Source: Leptogorgia sarmentosa
Lineage: Eukaryota
Assembly: GCA_964658305.1 (NCBI GenBank)
Contig: OZ210885.1
Location: forward strand, 17,794,001 to 17,858,000
Direction: 5' to 3'
Length of the DNA stretch: 64,000 bases
The translations under genes were made by a program, and so were the position numbers. Shown here in pieces: positions 62,876-64,000 of this stretch (position 1 is its first letter; each line of letters starts with the position of its first letter). The notes below the pieces were generated by a model. It saw only the letters and a program-made list of their open reading frames with translations. It searched no databases and was not told the origin of the DNA.

Positions 62876-62944
62876 GAGGTTTTGAAAAACATCTTTCTGT
62901 GAATCAGATGTAAATATTCTTCGGTTCGTATTATACTATATTAA

Positions 62945-64000
62945 AGTGTCACTGAGACGAAATTTTTCCCTTCTATTTTTATTCCATAATTGTAAAGTAA
63001 ACCTACGTATTAGCTTCTGTTCGAAGTTTTAGGTCGAAATTCTCAAAGGCGGCGGAGTTATGACAAGTTGAAATTCCGAATTTGCCGTCCGCCATTAAAT
63101 TTTTTTCAAAGCCATCAAAACGGAAGTGTGACGTCATTTTCTTAACACAACAAAGTCTCATGTTGAGAATTATATGGGAGCGCATAGTATTTTAATACAT
63201 GTGAATTATTTAAATTTAAATTAAAAACACACTATGCCCTAACGCGCTGTGTTGTACAGGACTGTAGCAACGAATCAAATGCTACTGCAGGGATATCCTT
63301 GCATATAAGTCCAAAAAATAAAACGGCAAGAGCAAACTGGGTTCGATTTGTTCGGACTAAGCGTGCGAATTTTAACCCGCCAGACGAGACTCGCTTTATG
63401 GTTTGTTCTGAACACTTTTCCGCAGATAGTTTTCAACGTGCGTACCATATACAAGGAGTAACGCGTCGCCTAAACTTGGGAGCTATACCAACTGTTTGGA
63501 AAGCCAAATTTTCGGACGAGGACGAATTTTCACCAAGACAGCGTCGTAAAGTAAGTAGGTGTACATTATATTCATGTACAATAAACAAATACACTAAGTT
63601 CATGTATTTAATTTATTTTTACTTTACTGCTAAGATTATAAAAGATATTCTTCAAGAAGATACAAAGAGTGAAAATTCGTTGGAAAATAGCGACATTACG
63701 GTAAGCCAGAAAACTGCCATATAATAATGATGTAAATTATGGTATGTAATGATTGTTGCACAATTCACAATATATTGCAACTTTGTTAGGTTTCAAGTCC
63801 TACCAGCAGCTCACACTCTGATGCACTGGTAATGACTCCTGATACAACACAAAATGAGGTAAAATCTACTTCTTTATAGTATCAGAATGTAGCATGAATG
63901 TCACAAAAAAACGTAGTAGAATAACAATGCGAAAATCTGAGCAAACTACTTTCTTATCAAATAGGAACTTCATGAGCTGGTTCAATGTAAGCCCTGCAAG
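62945..64000 (+). mobile_element. Kolobok copy 2 (opposite orientation; runs off window)
   Basis: TTAA at 62941-62944 followed by the same TIR. Near-identical to the reverse complement of ~14335-15372, including the THAP exon. Confidence 0.95.

Larger units (their letters stand above)
42623..62940. mobile_element. Putative large two-gene KDZ/Zisupton-like element (boundaries inferred)
   Basis: Begins where BEL #2 integrase breaks off. Contains divergent multi-exon KDZ transposase and ATPase-PHD genes. No TIR pair or TSD visible inside the window. Confidence 0.45.

Overview
Eukaryotic (animal) genomic DNA. The rDNA and the TE repertoire suggest a cnidarian or other non-bilaterian, which is inference. 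The window is almost entirely a nest of transposable elements and I recognise no ordinary host gene. From left to right: (1) the 3' part of an Academ (AcademX-type) transposon; (2) a decayed Polinton/Maverick (pPolB, hypothetical protein, cysteine protease, major capsid); (3) an orphan, decayed 18S-28S rDNA piece lacking ITS1/5.8S, whose 28S carries a ~0.62 kb insertion ending exactly at the R2 target site, itself split by a complete 4.85 kb Kolobok (THAP-DDE transposase plus convergent KolX); (4) a Helitron-like remnant with an RPA-like OB fold and a 2A motif preceding a C76-like protease; (5) a BEL/Pao fragment interrupted by a piggyBac that carries a hAT element; (6) a second BEL/Pao containing a full-length Academ and a full-length Gypsy, the latter containing a Kolobok-type MITE and a probable solo LTR; (7) a >20 kb block (~42.6-62.9 kb) with a head-to-head pair of multi-exon genes: an HMGXB3/Zisupton-like KDZ transposase (+) and a DUF927/AAA+-like ATPase with a C-terminal PHD finger (-). 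That block is riddled with MITEs, a full-length BEL/Pao and a second, inverted copy of the Kolobok. The KDZ plus helicase-like/PHD pair is my best candidate for an undescribed system. All calls come from motif reading by eye; no searches were run.
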